A DNA stretch of 62,962 bases, counting the filler, from Platydemus manokwari (Eukaryota): assembly GCA_037951405.1 (NCBI GenBank). It is 6 parts of 6 records of this genome, joined end to end, with 100 filler letters (N's around TTAATTAATTAA, not from the genome) between each part and the next. Parts side by side here need not be neighbours in the genome. Positions count along the whole stretch, not along the records: positions 1 to 9,702 come from JBBMOY011215322.1; positions 9,803 to 23,690 come from JBBMOY011585854.1; 4 more parts are not named here. One strand, written 5' to 3'. The notes under the pieces were generated by a model, which had not been told where the DNA came from, ran no database searches, and saw nothing but the letters and a program-made list of their open reading frames with translations. The stretch's first letter is position 1. Each line of letters starts with the position of its first letter. This document shows, in pieces, positions 1-14,927 of this stretch. Position numbers and translations under genes: made by a program.

Positions 1-568
1 ATTTATAAAAATTTTGAATTTTTTATTTAAGTATTTAAGAAGAATTTTAGTTGTTTGAAATCAAATATTAAATACACTAGAGCTTGAAAATCTCCTAAAT
101 TTTAATTGTTTGAAAAAGAGATCAAAGTAGATCAAATTGCAATTTATTGAAAATTAACGAGGAACCCTTTTTGATATTTTTACAATCATTTTATAAAAAT
201 AAGCAATGATATTATTAAACGTGTTTCCAGTTAACTAACTCGATTTATTACCAAAAATCCTAAAATTAAAAAAAAGTGTTGTTATTAGAATCAGAACTTG
301 GTTTTAAAGCTATGTTTTGTCCCTATTAGACATCCTAAAAGTGAGAATTTAACTGAATTATACGAATAAATCAAACATCACAATTATAAACCAAATTATC
401 TCATGCGCTAAAATTCATTATTGTTAAAGTAGGTCAAAAGACCTCTTTTCGTAACTTAAGTCTTTAAATTTATTATTATGGTATTAGTGTGATCATTATA
501 TTTATCGATTGAAAATGTTATCTTTATTGTAAAATATTTTCTTGATTGATTCTCAATAATTATTTTAG

Positions 569-2963
569 ATGATTCAGCACGCAAATTCTAGATTCCATTG
601 TTTGGAAAATATCAACAAAGTTCTCAGTGTCTTGCGTTCTCTTAATGTAAGTTGTAATAAAAGTGCTTATTTATGCTTTCTTTCTCTGCTGTTAAGACAA
701 CCTGTCGCGGTTGCGTTGTGTAATGATTATATAACAGTTCCTTTGTTTATATTGAATTGTCTGGTTTTATAAATTTTATTTTTATTCACCATAGCAGTTT
801 TACCAGGAAATAGAATTTTATAAATAATAATGTTGAAAATAATCACTTTTAAGGTCCACACACTTTTTCCAGCGTTCTGGAAGTTGTTTTACTCTGTTTT
901 CAGAGAATTCCGAGGTTTTGAAAGGAACCACTTTTCCAAATCATCGTTAACCTCTTCAATGGAGTGATACTTTTTCCCACGAAATGACTTTTTCATAGAA
1001 AAAACAGGTAAACATCCGAAGGGGCAAAGTCTGGTGAGCATGGCGGATGCGGTATTACCGTAAAACCGATCTCAGCAAGCTTATTTTGAGTTAAACGTCC
1101 CATATGCGGTCGAGCGTTATCGTGAAGGAAATGAAACTTTTCAAAACTGTTTCCACACAACCGGCGCCTTGTTTTGTTTACATTTCCAATTTACATATTG
1201 TCTTTATTGGTTAAATAAATATTATTTTCTATCGGACAAGACTTTCGTTCCAATCCTATATGAAATAACCTCAAATTGTTGAGCAATTCTGAAGTTGTGT
1301 TCTCCGTCCTTAAAATTAAAAACTGATCAAAAATTTAATTGAAAATCTATTCATAACATGACTTTTCCTACCCCCCGAAAAGATCGAATATTTACAGCAG
1401 CGGCTAATAATGTTTGCATTTTTAAGTCTGTATTTTATATTTGATTCGTATTTCATTTTCTTTTTGATTATGTGATTTGAGGTTATTTATTATAATCCAT
1501 ATCCAGACATAACTTGACGTCTGAGTGTCACAATTAAAAATCTGAAAGCTATTTTGTTTCTTTTGATCTTGATTTTTTAAAAAATTATTTTTCTTCTAAA
1601 GAACATTAATATGACTTAGAATACAGAAAATTGGTTCTTTTTAAAAAAAAAAAGACAGACTGAACTTCGTATTAATATGATTAATTTTGTGTTGCGACCC
1701 ACTCTACGAGTCCAAATTTTTTGCCAACCCCTGGGAACTAAAATAAAAATAATCAAGTAAATTTTTTTAACATCAAAAATTAAAATATATTTAATAATAA
1801 CGATTTTGCTTATTCTGGCATAAAACATCAAATCTTAGCTCTATTTCGGTGATGACTGGTAATAATTCCAGATCTTTAAAATTAGATCGATATTTTCTCT
1901 TAATAAGTCAGTGTCGAAACTAAAATTTTTCGTGCCCCCCTTTTGAAGAACACTAGTCTAACTGATATGTGCGATTGATATTAAATGTGTAACCATTAGC
2001 TCGAATGAATTGAATTGGGAACATTATCAGAAATGTTTTAATTAAAATAAACTCCAAAACACTAAATCATCTATATAATTTATATTTTTAGAGATTGAAA
2101 AATTAAACTAATCACTGTGAAGCATTTCAGTAAAATCATAATAATTAATAAAATTGGCTTCGAATTGCCTGCTCTTCATTAAAGGTTTAGAGAGCTGAAA
2201 AAATGTTATGCATTTTAAATGGGTTTTTAGAGGAAATGTAAAATAAAAAGTAAAATAAATTCAGCAGTATTTCTAACTAATTATTTGGATTGAAATCCAA
2301 AGAAGACATGTCTACATAAAAAGTTTTACTTCACCACACCGATATGCAAGCTCAAATGGGACAATTTAACCAATGATTTATTTTTCCCATTCTGTTTATT
2401 TTAAATCTTGGATTTCTATTTATGAATAATGGTGAGTTTCTGTAGTAGCACTCACCAGTGGACATGTGTGTACTGGTACTACATATACTCCTCTCTGTAA
2501 ATATCAATGAATCCCCATTCAACAATGATGATGCGTTGCAATTTATATTCGATTCGTTTTATCCGATGATAATTTGCATTTGATGAAAAAATTATCGAAA
2601 AACCAATGGACACAAAAATAGATATCCATATTATATTATTAGAACATGATAAAAAATCGATAGATTGAATATAAGTGTTGCTTATAATACCCGAATTAAA
2701 TATAAAATTAAATGATACCATTTTTAAATTATAATATGATTATGAAAAGACCATTAAATTATAATTAAATCGTTCAGACGTGCATGCTTTGTACATACAT
2801 TTATGGAATTATTAGATATTAGCACAATGACTCATCGCTTAGCACTAATTCAATCAATAATCCATTTTAGATTAAACTCGTCAACATTCACGCGGATGAC
2901 TTGGTCGACGGCAATCCGAAATTAACACTTGGACTTGTTTGGACTATAATTTTATTCTTCCAA
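569..2963 (+). CDS. Two internal exons (569-646, 2871-2963) encoding the C-terminal part of a calponin-homology CH1 actin-binding domain of the dystrophin/plectin/spectraplakin/alpha-actinin superfamily; partial gene
   Basis: Exon A ttttag|ATG...AAT|gtaagt encodes [26 protein letters not shown]. Exon B ttttag|ATT...CAA|gtaatt encodes [31 protein letters not shown], matching the CH1 signature (V/I)[26 protein letters not shown]. Both exons are phase 0; their sizes (78 and 93 nt) match, from recall, the conserved exon sizes in dystrophin/plectin genes. Confidence 0.88.
838..1480 (-). mobile_element. Degenerate mariner (Tc1/mariner, D,D34D) transposase remnant in an intron of the CH-domain gene
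   Basis: The minus strand over about 1130-1010 reads [39 protein letters not shown], with exactly 34 residues between the catalytic Asp residues. It continues, with frameshifts, as ...[17 protein letters not shown]...[16 protein letters not shown]. Fragments near 1260-1480 loosely resemble the N-terminal HTH. The element is internally deleted and its ends are approximate. Confidence 0.85.
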
Positions 2964-4860
2964 GTAATTCTATTGTTTTTTGGGTTGTTTCATTGGTTTT
3001 ATTATTTTTAATTTATTTTATTATCCCATATTTACATTTGTTCTGTTTGATGTTGGATTACAATATGTTTTATTATTGCACGTGTGTGTGTGTGTGTGTT
3101 TCATTGGTAAAAATATCATGATCATGAAGAGACAGGAACAAGGAATTGGATTGATGAATCGATTTATAATTTAAGGTTATAATTGAAATGAAGGCATTGT
3201 TGTTTTGGTCTGTGAGTCATATTTTTTATTGTAATTTTATGTATATAATACTTATTATTGTAAGTATTATATGTTTTTTCTCCGTTAGCACATAGGCATG
3301 TATGTGGCACTCACAAGCAAGTCGATTGTATTTTTAATGGTATTATTGTTTGAAACATTACTGGAAAATCGAATGTTGTGTCCATTCTGCAAAACATTTT
3401 CTTACAGATAAAAAATCGAAATTATGGTTTGATTCGAATTCCCAATTTCTGTAATTATGGGTTTTAATTTTAAACAATTCCTCTGCTTTGCTTTGTTGAA
3501 ATGAAATAGTATGTTTTTTAATTTATTTTTCATGTTTCTCGCCAATTATGATATCTCGACAACTACAAATTGCTCTAAAAATCGGACGATTAAACCATTA
3601 TTTTTTTAATGAACCACTTTTTAATGATTATTATTATGGAGATATGGCCAAAACTAGCTGACCAAAAATTCACAATCTCTATTTTTCTTTCATATATGGC
3701 ATTAAAATTTTTCCGTGAAAATATATTTAATTTCTCAATAACATATTCCAATGGAATGTAATATATCGATTTACACTAGGTTCTCTTTTTCCCCACTAGA
3801 TAGTCTGCGAAAGATCCCCACGAAAAAACTTCAATCTCAATGGTAAATTCAACGATTTGTTTCAAATCCTGTAACAAACTGTATTAAAACTAATAAAAAG
3901 CTACAATTTCAAAGGCGAAACGAAAAAAAAATTATTTAAAAAAACATATAAAAATATTTTTTTTTCTTTTTAAGAATATTTTAAGATGTAATATCTGATA
4001 AAAAGGGACGTCTGAATGTTTTCTTTCGAATCATCGGTAACGATTAATGAATTATCATAAAATCTACGTCATTAAGCACTAATTTGGAAAATATTAAAAG
4101 ATTGTTTTCTTCATAAACGATTTGAAAATTAACGATATCATTTCTGAAATCAATTTTTTAACAGATCAAATTCGACTCACATTTTTAGCCAGCAAGCAGG
4201 TTTTATTATCGATTAATCTCTAAATCGATGAGTGGGTGGATATATAAATGATCGGTAATTTTGATAAATATATTAATATCGATGAAGCAACAAATTACAT
4301 TTTAATTTAAAAGCTGTTTAAAATTGATCTCTGATTTGCATCAAAAATATTTTTAAAAAATGAAAAAAACATAAAGTGAAATAATTAATTTTAAAAAAAA
4401 TGAATATTAAAATGAAATGATATTAGCTAGATTAGCGGCAGAAATTTGATCGGTTACAGCGATTTTAATCTTAAAAGCTCTTAATTAATCGATAACTTGT
4501 ACCGTGAAAATATACATTAAAATACCTAGAGTTTCTTATTTCAAGATCGTATAAAAGAAATTTTAGTGCATCTTCATGAATAATTGATTATTATATTGAT
4601 TTATCGATTTATTATGGTTCAGCAATTTATATAAATCAATAATTCGTTAATCCATAATTAACTTTTCAAATCCCTTTTTGTTATCATTAAAATTAACTTG
4701 TAGTAGTAATATTATCAATAAATCAATAAATAACCAATTTATATATCGATGGCAATGGTAATTCATCAGATAACCTTATTGAAAATAAATTTAATGAAAT
4801 ATTTATATATTTTAATTCTCCTTATCACCAATTACAATTTAATCAGTTCAAATACAACTG

Positions 4861-5020
4861 TTAACCCTTTCAATACTGCGGGGATATATAAGTCCCATAG
4901 AAACCATATTTTCTAAAAATCTGAAATTACGTAAATATGTTCCTTTATTTATTTGCAGCACATATAGTTCAGTTTTACAAAAATATTTTCACTGGCCAAA
5001 AGTCGTATTGAAAGGGTTAA
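4861..5020. mobile_element. piggyBac-type MITE (152 bp) with TTAA target-site duplication
   Basis: TTAA(4861-4864)-CCCTTTCAATAC(4865-4876)...GTATTGAAAGGG(5005-5016)-TTAA(5017-5020). These are perfect 12-bp terminal inverted repeats starting with CCC and flanked by TTAA, with no ORF between them. Confidence 0.85.
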
Positions 5021-5649
5021 GATTCATCTCAATCGAATCGATCAATTTACTGTTATTTTATGAATTAGCATTTTGGATTTGTTGTTATACTGTTTTGTTT
5101 CAATGGATACTGTTTGCTGTAAATCAGAGATTGGATTTTTAGGATTTTTGAAATTAAAATTTCATTTGTTGCTTAATCGATATTTTATATATCAAAATTC
5201 CTGAATATCTTTTATATCTACCATCTTTGTCTTTGAGATGATTATTATTATCTCCATTAAAAGGAAATCTCTAAACAAAATCGAAGCCGTGTTGTCAGAC
5301 AAAACAAGCACCTTTCATTCATGATAATTGATACCCATTTATGTGAATATTATTTGTTTTAATCGTAATTTAAACGGATTTTAAAAGGTGTTCATGCATT
5401 TATAGTCATGATAAGTCACGTGATATTATTTCCCTATCGTTCATATTCTTTTAATATGATCGATTAATTGAAAAATTAAAGGCTGTACAATGGTTGAGTT
5501 GATTGACGCTCAGTATCTGACATATGTTCTAATTTTATCCAATTGTAACACGCACAATGAACATCCTGTAAATAGATGTTAGTTGATACGATAATTCTGT
5601 TACTGTGTCGCCTTTCCCAGCATTTGTAATGCTATATATATATATATCG

Positions 5650-6004
5650 ATTATTGGCGTGTGTTGATAATTAATCGAAAATTATTTGCTCGAGAAACAC
5701 ATTCGATCCAAGATTTCTGGTTCTCAATATCCAAAAGTTTCCAAAGCATTGGTTTGCTCCAGTGCCTAAGGGGAAAGTTTTTAATCAATTCTTGATATAA
5801 ATGCATGGGCACTACGGGTTTTCCATTATTATTTATACGTAAAAAATAAATAGCATCATCTTTTAAATATAATTTTTCAACAATATAATTTTTCAATCTT
5901 GTAATTTCCCCCTTTTTATATAACCGTGGTACGGAATTGAAAAAAAAACGTTGAATGAAACAGTAATCTGACGTTGTAGAATTTATTAAAATATATAGGC
6001 CCAT
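5650..6004 (-). pseudogene. Possible decayed LTR-retrotransposon integrase zinc-binding region
   Basis: The ORF reads LYLKDDAIYF...GKPVVPMHLYQELIKNF, followed in another frame by LGTGANQCFGNFWILRT. This loosely fits the 'VVP...L...H...G......FW' integrase Zn-domain pattern. Support is weak. Confidence 0.3.
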
Positions 6005-7054
6005 TTAAATTGTTCACACCAACAGCATCCCAATTAACTATTCCGTAGTCACACCTGTTTATCATATCGAGTATCGATATTCAAATATGGAAGGAATTGT
6101 AGAATTCGTCTGAAACATCTTTTATAAAAGTAGATTTATTCTTTTTGTATTTTTACTCTTATTTTGAAAATAAAAATTATTTTAGTTATTTTTTCGGTGT
6201 TTGTGTCTGCTGAAATATGTAGATAAAGATAATGGATTGATATTTCATTAATTACGGATCGGTAAATACTTTCAATAATATTTTCAATTCTCTTATTCTA
6301 AGCAGTAATTTTGATCAAAAGATAATAAATTAAATGGAACCATTAGAAAAACATTCAAAAAAATTGGTCTAAAATTTCTGTTCTTAGCTACTTAATAATC
6401 TTCCAACTTTGGTTTCATTAAGTATTATTTCTCGTTTTGTTCTCAAAAGAAACATTATCGGATATTATTATTCAAATTGATATTTTTTATTATTCCGAAA
6501 ATCTTTTTTGACATTTAAATAATTATTGATTTTTGAGAGTAAAATATGGAGTTGCTTGTTTCTATTCTCGTTTTTAATAATAATAATAATAATAATATTG
6601 ATTTGATATAATCATTACACGTTCAAATGAAGCACAAAATTCGTCAATGTGATCTAAACTGAAAATAAACAAAACACACACGTCGTTTATGCCAAATATT
6701 TTCGTTTTTGATTGTATTTCCAGTTTCCTATCGGTGTTATTTTTTTCCGATTTTGAAATGATTTTTTGTTTCACAATTGATTCTCAGTCGTTTTTTGAAT
6801 GAGACCATTGTTGTGTTGAGAAAATCTGAGCTGTCCTTTATCATTATTGTTCTATATCCTGCATATTATGTCAATACCCATAGTATTTGTTTCTAATGGG
6901 AAACATTTCCTATTGTAATTTTGAGGTTCACTATATGCTTTTTACTCTTTACAATCAACCGAGATTTCTATTTCCAGAGGCGTAAATACATAAATATTTA
7001 TTGATTTTTACCAAATTATCTTTCTAAGCCTTATAAAAATTTTAATATTTTCTT

Positions 7055-7195
7055 TATTATTATTATTATTATTATTATTATTTATTATAATTATTATTTA
7101 TTATTATCATTTATTATTATAATTATTTAATATTATTATAATAATTATTCATTTTATATTATTATTATTCATCCATTCATTATTATTATTATTTC
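7055..7195. repeat. Imperfect (ATT)n microsatellite
   Basis: Run of ATT/TAT triplets seen directly. Confidence 0.9.
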
Positions 7196-9599
7196 CCATC
7201 ATTGTACTTATTTGTTGATAAAAATATTTTTCCATTAGAAAATAATTCATAAATTAATTCCACTCCACAACTTGCAATGTGTTGTCCTTTTACCAATACC
7301 GTAATTTGCATTAAACAACAAAATTTATCATCCAGATATGCACTATAATAAATAAAGTAACCATGACAACAATTTCACTGAAATACTTTTACAATATCAT
7401 CGCTTATTATATAAAAATATTGGATAATGATATGGCACTACAGGATCGATGTTATGTTTCATTATATATATATTTAAAAATATTATCAAACAAATACCGG
7501 ATATCATTCACTCGATATGAACATCACAAGACACGATGATAAATTATGAACGCAACCATTTTATTGATGTCGTTATTGTTGCTTTACCAAATATAGATCA
7601 ATATTCAAGTTTTATCATCTTGATTGTGTTTTATTAAAAAACAAAATTGATTTTTCTCATCGATAATTATTTAAAAATCTTGCATTTTAGTATCTAAATA
7701 CCATTAAATCAATATATTTTCTCAGCTGGATTCTAGATATTTTAAAATTAATATCTATCTCTATGATAACCAATTAAATCTATCAACCAACCAATAAATA
7801 ATCTAATAAACTACTCATATTATCGTTTATAATATCATACGAACCATCATTATAATCACAAATAACATTATATTCGGAATCATCCAATTAATCGACAATT
7901 CTTCTTCACCTTGCTCACAAAATACATACAATTTACTTTGATAAATCTCTTAATTTAAACAAATAAAAATCGAAAAATTATCAAAACATTTTATAATATA
8001 TTATGAGAGCCATGTTTATAAATAATTCACTTTTTATAATTAATAAAACAACAGAAAAATATGAACCCCTAAGCAATCAATCGGATTCAGATCAATATCA
8101 CCCAATATTTACTAACAATAATAATATATCAATTATTATAGCTCAAGGTGGTATTCATTGCATATAATTGAATTTAATGCTCCGAGAGGTCATATTAATT
8201 ACCTCAAATTTTCGAAATGTATAAAAGTGTATATATCTATAACTCTATGTATGAAAATAATTAATTACTGAATAACGATGGGGAAAAATCAATTATTTCA
8301 AAAATGTTTAGGTTTCAATGTGAACAATATCCTCCTCATAATAGTTTATAGCAAATCTGCAAATGAAGAGTGTCGAATTTCATTGGAATACACACAAAAT
8401 ATCAGATATTATTCAATGGGTATTGTGTAATAGATTTATAAAATCGATAATTAAACATACACGGTTATGCATTTTGGTTTTACTGTCTGTTATAAATCAG
8501 GCTATCATTTTATAATATATCCATGTTATTCCATAAAATATGAATTGAAAAACCAATATACTTTCTATTTAAAATGATCATTTAAATATAAATTGCTTTT
8601 AAATCCTAACATGTAAGCCTAAACTTAATTTGTGTAAAGAGAAACAATAATTGATTTTCAGTTTTGCAATACAAAAAATCAAAATTATCATTCAAATCCT
8701 TATAATATATTGGTTTCATTGATTTTAATATCAGCACTTACAAAATGTCTAAAAATGGATTTGAACTATGACTACGTGTTTCCATGGATACTGATATGTG
8801 TATGTGATTGTGTGTGTAAAGCAAAAAAATACTGTCATATCATAAGAATTATAAAAAAACATTTACAATACACTGATTATCAATATTAATAATAGAATTT
8901 ACAAAAATATTGATTGAATAATGATTTTCTCATTACCAGAATGTTTTGTAAAATTCTAATTTAATTCAGAAATATTCAATCAATAAACCAGCTATAAATA
9001 GAAGAAACAAATCGATTGCAGTAACTTTAATCGATAAGTATTCATATCAGTTCTGTATTAATGTATTCTATAATAAACAAATATAAATTATTTATTTATT
9101 TGTATAAAAATAATTAATATCTATTAATAAACGAAAAATTAATTCAAATTTAATAAGATCATGTGAAATGAAAACCAAGAAATTGATTTTAGTGAGAAAG
9201 TCATTTGTTTCCAATTAAAATATTATATCTAATGAGATCTCTAAATTCAAAATTTTATTATGGAACTTTCATGAGATAGGATATCATTAACAAAACGAAA
9301 ATGGAAAATATTTTTTCATTAATCGAAGAAAATACTTCACAATATTATTTATACTGAAATAGCTTTGACGATATACAGTCGAAAGGCCAATCTTCAAAGC
9401 AACTTAATGATAACTTATTTGAGATTATAGTTTTAAGTAGATTTATCAATCTTTATCAAATATAAATTGCATTTTATCTCGATCAATCAGAATAAATTTT
9501 TTTGGAAAAAGTATTTTTGAAAATTCACACAAACACACACTGCTTACATTGACGTACTTAAATTTGAAATAAATCACAATCAATTATTTATTTCTCACG

Positions 9600-9653
<54 letters not shown>

Positions 9654-9872
9654 TAATAATACAGTAATGATAATAATGATAATAATAAGGATATTAATAA
9701 TANNNNNNNNNNNNNNNNNNNNNNNNNNNNNNNNNNNNNNNNNNNNTTAATTAATTAANNNNNNNNNNNNNNNNNNNNNNNNNNNNNNNNNNNNNNNNNN
9801 NNTAATAATAATGATAATAATAATAGTAATATTAAAGATAATAATAATAGTAATAATAATGATAATAATAAT
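9600..9872. repeat. (AAT)n microsatellite interrupted by an assembly gap
   Basis: Long TAA/AAT runs on both sides of the 9703-9802 gap. Confidence 0.9.
9703..9802. other. Artificial scaffold join N44-TTAATTAATTAA-N44 (also at 23691-23790, 32562-32661, 42848-42947 and 51715-51814)
   Basis: Five identical 100-bp blocks, each with a central 12-mer that gives stops in all six frames. Confidence 0.97.
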
Positions 9873-11699
9873 AAAAAAAAAACCCAGTGATCAAAATTAT
9901 GATTATAATAAAATAATAAGAATAAAATAATAGGAACAAATAATTAAGATTATAATTATAATAAAACAATAAGAATAAAAATAATAATCTTGATATTGAC
10001 GTAAATAATTAATAAGAAAAGTTAGAAAGAATTAAATAATAAACAGAGAAAAATAATAGATAAAGAATTTAAGAAATGCAGACAATATGCAAGTTTTTTG
10101 TCGACGGTAGCAGTGTTACCGAAAATAGTAAGGGAGACTGGCTCAGTGAAGTATAAATACTGAACTGAGAACAGAGCCATACATCTCAAAAACAAAACAC
10201 AACAGTCACAATAACTGCGATCATCGAGATCAATAATAATTAAGAGCATTACGATAATTTGGCAATGGATCGAAGCGGATCATTGGAGCAGCACATTAAG
10301 AATCTATTTAATTCAATTTTTACGAGAAAATTTGTGCGAGGATATTTTTACGAGGATCTATTTGTCGTGTCTATTGAGAGGATTTATTTCTGTCTCAACA
10401 CTTGAGTAAATGGTATTTAATTTTTGTAATTCTCATTTTCTAAGCTCATTTAAATAAACGATAACTAACAATTTTATTAAAGGTAAGACTGATTTGTTAA
10501 ATTTTACAGATTCAGAGAGGGTGTCATCACCAAAGGAATCAGTTAACATCTGACCTTTAGATAACACTAAACATTAACTTTTCCGATAGCGAGGTCTTCA
10601 CACCCGTTATTGAAGCCCCTTAAGACCATTTTAACTAAAATCAAACCAACCACCCAAATTCTAAATAAATTCATTTAATATATTCATTAAGTTTCTGTAT
10701 TCTCGAATAACAATTTTGTCTCAAAATTCTTTCTATATCGCATAAAATTAATTTCACCGACAGCCTAACCTTCGCAACTAAGGTTAAGTGCTTTTTAGAT
10801 ATGATGGCAATCGTTATATTATCGTTTACTTTGACTATTCGCATGCTGAGGTATGCATAAAATCTACATATTCAACAGAATATACCTCATATGGTCAAAA
10901 TCAACGTAGCATCACTGGCTTACTAATAAGTATTCAAATCGTAGTGTTGTTGGAACAATTGATTGTTTGTTATTCTCACTTTTCAAGCTTTTATTTTTTT
11001 GACCACTTCGGTGAAGCAAAACAATTTAAAGGAAAAATTTCAAATCGAAATATTATTCTCAGTTTTGTCGGACTCACCAAATGTTAATATTGTCTCCATT
11101 GAGATTCCATTTTATTGAAATAAAATAGATAGAAAAAATTATATTTATTTAAAATAATACAAAAACAATTTTATTGACAATCATAATAAATTAAGAGTAT
11201 TTTAGTGTGTATGCGTTTTGGCATTTATGATAACACAAAACAAAACATCATTGATAAATGTAGAATTTTTTAATGAAAAATTTTATAATATTTTACAGCT
11301 ATGATAATTTTTATAACATTTTAGAGAATTCCATATTAATGCATCAGTAAAAACTACTACACGATCAGCAATAATATAGAAGACGATTATTAAAAAATAA
11401 GGCTTGATATATTTTTATAGGTGACTGTGGAATATATGGATAACAACAGTAAACAAAATTTCAAAAAGTATTTGTGCCTTGAATGGAAATGAATGATTTT
11501 TATTTTATTTAAGTTGTGTTCAGATATTATTTTAGATTTCTTTCTCTCACGAACGAATTGTTAAGGATAAGAGTTTGAAATTTTGACTACATATTTGAAG
11601 GAAAAAATAATAACAAACTTGATTTGTTTATTTATGGTGAACAAACGCGCTCTTTTCATATTAGTATTTGGTGATTTTAAGTGTAGCTTTTAATTTCGG

Positions 11700-12830
11700 A
11701 GTTCTAAAAATCTCTAATCACTCAAATACATTCTTTGATATTTGTAGTGAAGTGACAATTAAGTGCCAATCATGTTTCTGGTCAATTTTTTTGCATGAGA
11801 ATGATTCTGAATCCAAAAAATTGATGACAATCCAAACCTGCCATCAGTTTTAAGGTCAGTTCCTCAATGACTGTCTACTCCTCCGCCTTTCGATTTAACC
11901 ATTCAAATAATTCAAATTTCAATGAATCTCTTTCATGTTTAGAACCACATTCACAAGATGACCTAAATGAATTTTCCAAGCAGCAAGTAGAATTGTTGGA
12001 TTTGGGGATTAAAAATATGAAATTTGCTACAAAAAGATACTTTTAGAATACTTTACTTTGAAGATGATATTGTTTTTTGTAACGACATTGATAATGTTAG
12101 GAATATCAACCTGAAGAGAGATTTTTATTTATGGATCATTCTAATATCAGTTTAAAAGTAATGCTTTAATGCACTGGTAATGTGTTTTCACCAACAACTT
12201 TGGCTCATGCAACAAGCATCAAAGAAATCTATGGCAATATAAAATTTCTCGATAAAATAAAGTGTCATTTGAAGTGAAATGTGGTAATTTGAGAGTTATT
12301 GCTGCTTCACTTTATTAACAATTAGGTTTTACAAAATTCGGCTGTTTCCTTTGTAAAAGACTTACCAAAAAACTATTTAAATAATGGAAACAAAAAATAT
12401 TCACCCCATACTTGAAGATCCAGAAAAATCATATTTACCATCGCTTAATAATAAATCAAAACTAATGAAAATATCGGTTAAAGAATTTACCAACATGGAA
12501 TAGAAATTTCTTGATAATAACTTAAAGAAAGAACTTTAAACTAGAGAATTAAATAAGAACCAAAATTTCTCTTTAGAAGTGTTTAAAAACGACTTGGAAA
12601 ACCTAAACAAGAAAAATTGTCTGAACTTAATGAATAATTTGTTGGGTGTAATGCATTACTAAAAATCCATTTTTTCATGGACTCATTGACAACCTCTCTG
12701 AAAATAGTGGGCCTATGAGTGACGAGCATAATAAGCTGTTCTACCAATATATTTTAAGAATGATAAAGAGTTACTGGGAGATGTGGAGTCCAAATATGCC
12801 TGGCTGAGAACTGTTACATTATACAAAAGA
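11700..12830 (+). mobile_element. Decayed Chapaev3-like (CMC superfamily) DNA transposase
   Basis: Fragmented frames give, in the expected order: NHSNTFFDICSEVTIK (consensus N.P..FCYICGE), PNLPSVLRSVP, SQDDLN...SKQQVELL, IVFCNDI, LGFTKFGCFLC, GCNALLKIHF and GPMSDEHNKLFYQ...WSPNM (consensus GAVSDEHGERFHQ...WSPSM). There are many stops and frameshifts. The family assignment rests on recalled motifs. Confidence 0.7.
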
Positions 12831-14927
12831 CATTTTAAAGTAAAATTTCTTGCATTTACATATATTTATGTGTACATCAATTACACGAAACTCAACGTGT
12901 TGAAAATTCAACGATAGAAAATGTCTAAAACCGGATCTGAACTCAAAGAAAAAATACAAAGAACAAGATCTATTATTATCGAACTATTGAAGTTATTATA
13001 AAAAATTAAAAATAAAAGTAATTGTTTATTCCAGTTATAAAATAAAGGTTTTATAAAAATATTTTATTAATTTATTATGACCTTTATGATCAATAAAATT
13101 ACATAATTGATTAACCAATACAGTACTTCAAATATTATATTATAACCAATTAACCTATTTGGAAATTTTATTTTTGCGAATTAATTCTCATTATTTTTTA
13201 TCGATACTTCGTAAATACATTATTTCTCATTTTAACTTCGTTAATATAAAATAAATATATCAGTTTATTTTATTTTATTTAAAAATATTCTAAATATAAT
13301 ATTTGCCACATATGAAATGTTCAAATATAACTTAACTGTACCGTAATAATATAAATGGCTTTTCTTTATTATTTTCTTTAATAATATTGCAATATGTTCG
13401 GTTTATTCGGCTTGAATTAAATTGTCCGAAACCGGATAAAATCTCGGTTAAATAATGTAATTTCTCGTAAAATTGAATAAATATAGAAACTTTTATTTGA
13501 GAAGGTTGTCTTTGTTTTAACGATCCAAAACTTAATTATTCTTAAAGATTATTCAATTTCAAATGATTATATCTGCTTTTATTTGTCTTTTCTATAAATA
13601 TGTGGAATTTAATTTACATTTTAATGTGCACATTAAATTTTTTTCAGTGTATTTTCTATTGAGGATCTTATTATTTTCTCTATCAACTATTTCGAATTAT
13701 ATCACTGAAATTTTTAATTACATAATACCATGGAATAAAGACAAAGTTAAGAGTTATCATAATGGGGTTTTTACATCATCAACACATTTGATAAAATGTC
13801 TATTATGACTAAAACCAATCTCTTGTTCCATCAGAATTTTCAACTTAATTTGGATATTTTGTTAATTAATTGGATAAAATAATCTGATAAAAATATTTTT
13901 TTTATAATTTATTAAAATCAATAATTTTTACATTTGACTTTTTCATAATTTTTACTAAAATAAAAATTAATAACTTTCATTGGATTATCGATTCAGTCAA
14001 TTTTTCTTCCTCGAATCAGTTTGTCATAATTTGTAATTAACAAGTTTATTTTATATGATTTTTGTTTCCTGATTTTGTTAGTGACTTTTTAAATATTGAT
14101 ATATCACTGAGCAAAATATAGTAAAGTGTTTTCTAGAATTTTGAAATAATTTTAAACTCCTGCAGTATTCGATTATAAAAACGATATTCAATTTTATTTA
14201 ATTTTACAATTTATTATTATTAACAAACTTTATTATTAATAGCAAAAAAGAAAATCTGAAAGCTTAATCGAGGCAGAAACCCTTTTGACATTGAAAAATC
14301 AATCATTAGAATAAATCGATTGTGATATTTTAATTAAAGAAAAATTTTTAAATTTTAATAAATCAAAATCGTAGAAAATGAAATCATGACATATATCGAG
14401 AAAAAAATTTGCTTGAAAAATTGGTAAAAAGTACAGAAATATTTACTACAGGATGTAAATTAATTGAATAAAATAATAATATTTGTCAATTATCAAACTG
14501 GAATAAATCTAACGATGGAAATATGAATTAATAAATAATGTGATATCGCACATGTGATTGTAAGAGAATTACTCATGATTTATTACGGATTCTGTAATTA
14601 TCCAACAAAATCAATCCCGCGGATAGATCAGCTACATAATTATCATTCAAACTGTCATTGAAAATTATCATTAAGAAAGAAAGACTACGAACTAGGAACT
14701 GATTATTATTTAAATCACAAGGAGTGAATAACGAATAATTTCGTAGCGTAGATAAATATTTAAACTGTACTTAGAAGCAAGGAAATAGATAATTACATTT
14801 CTTTCTGGAAATTTTCACATTCATTCGTTAAGGCATTTAATTCTCTAAATATGAATATTTCTCTCTTAGTACATCTGTCGTTCATTCTAATATAAATTTT
14901 TATTGGAATTATAAAGAAACCTTTAAT

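Noticed and set aside
9747-9758. Recurrent palindromic TTAATTAATTAA as a biological repeat or CRISPR-like element
   Set aside because: It is always centred between two runs of 44 N, so it is an assembly linker.
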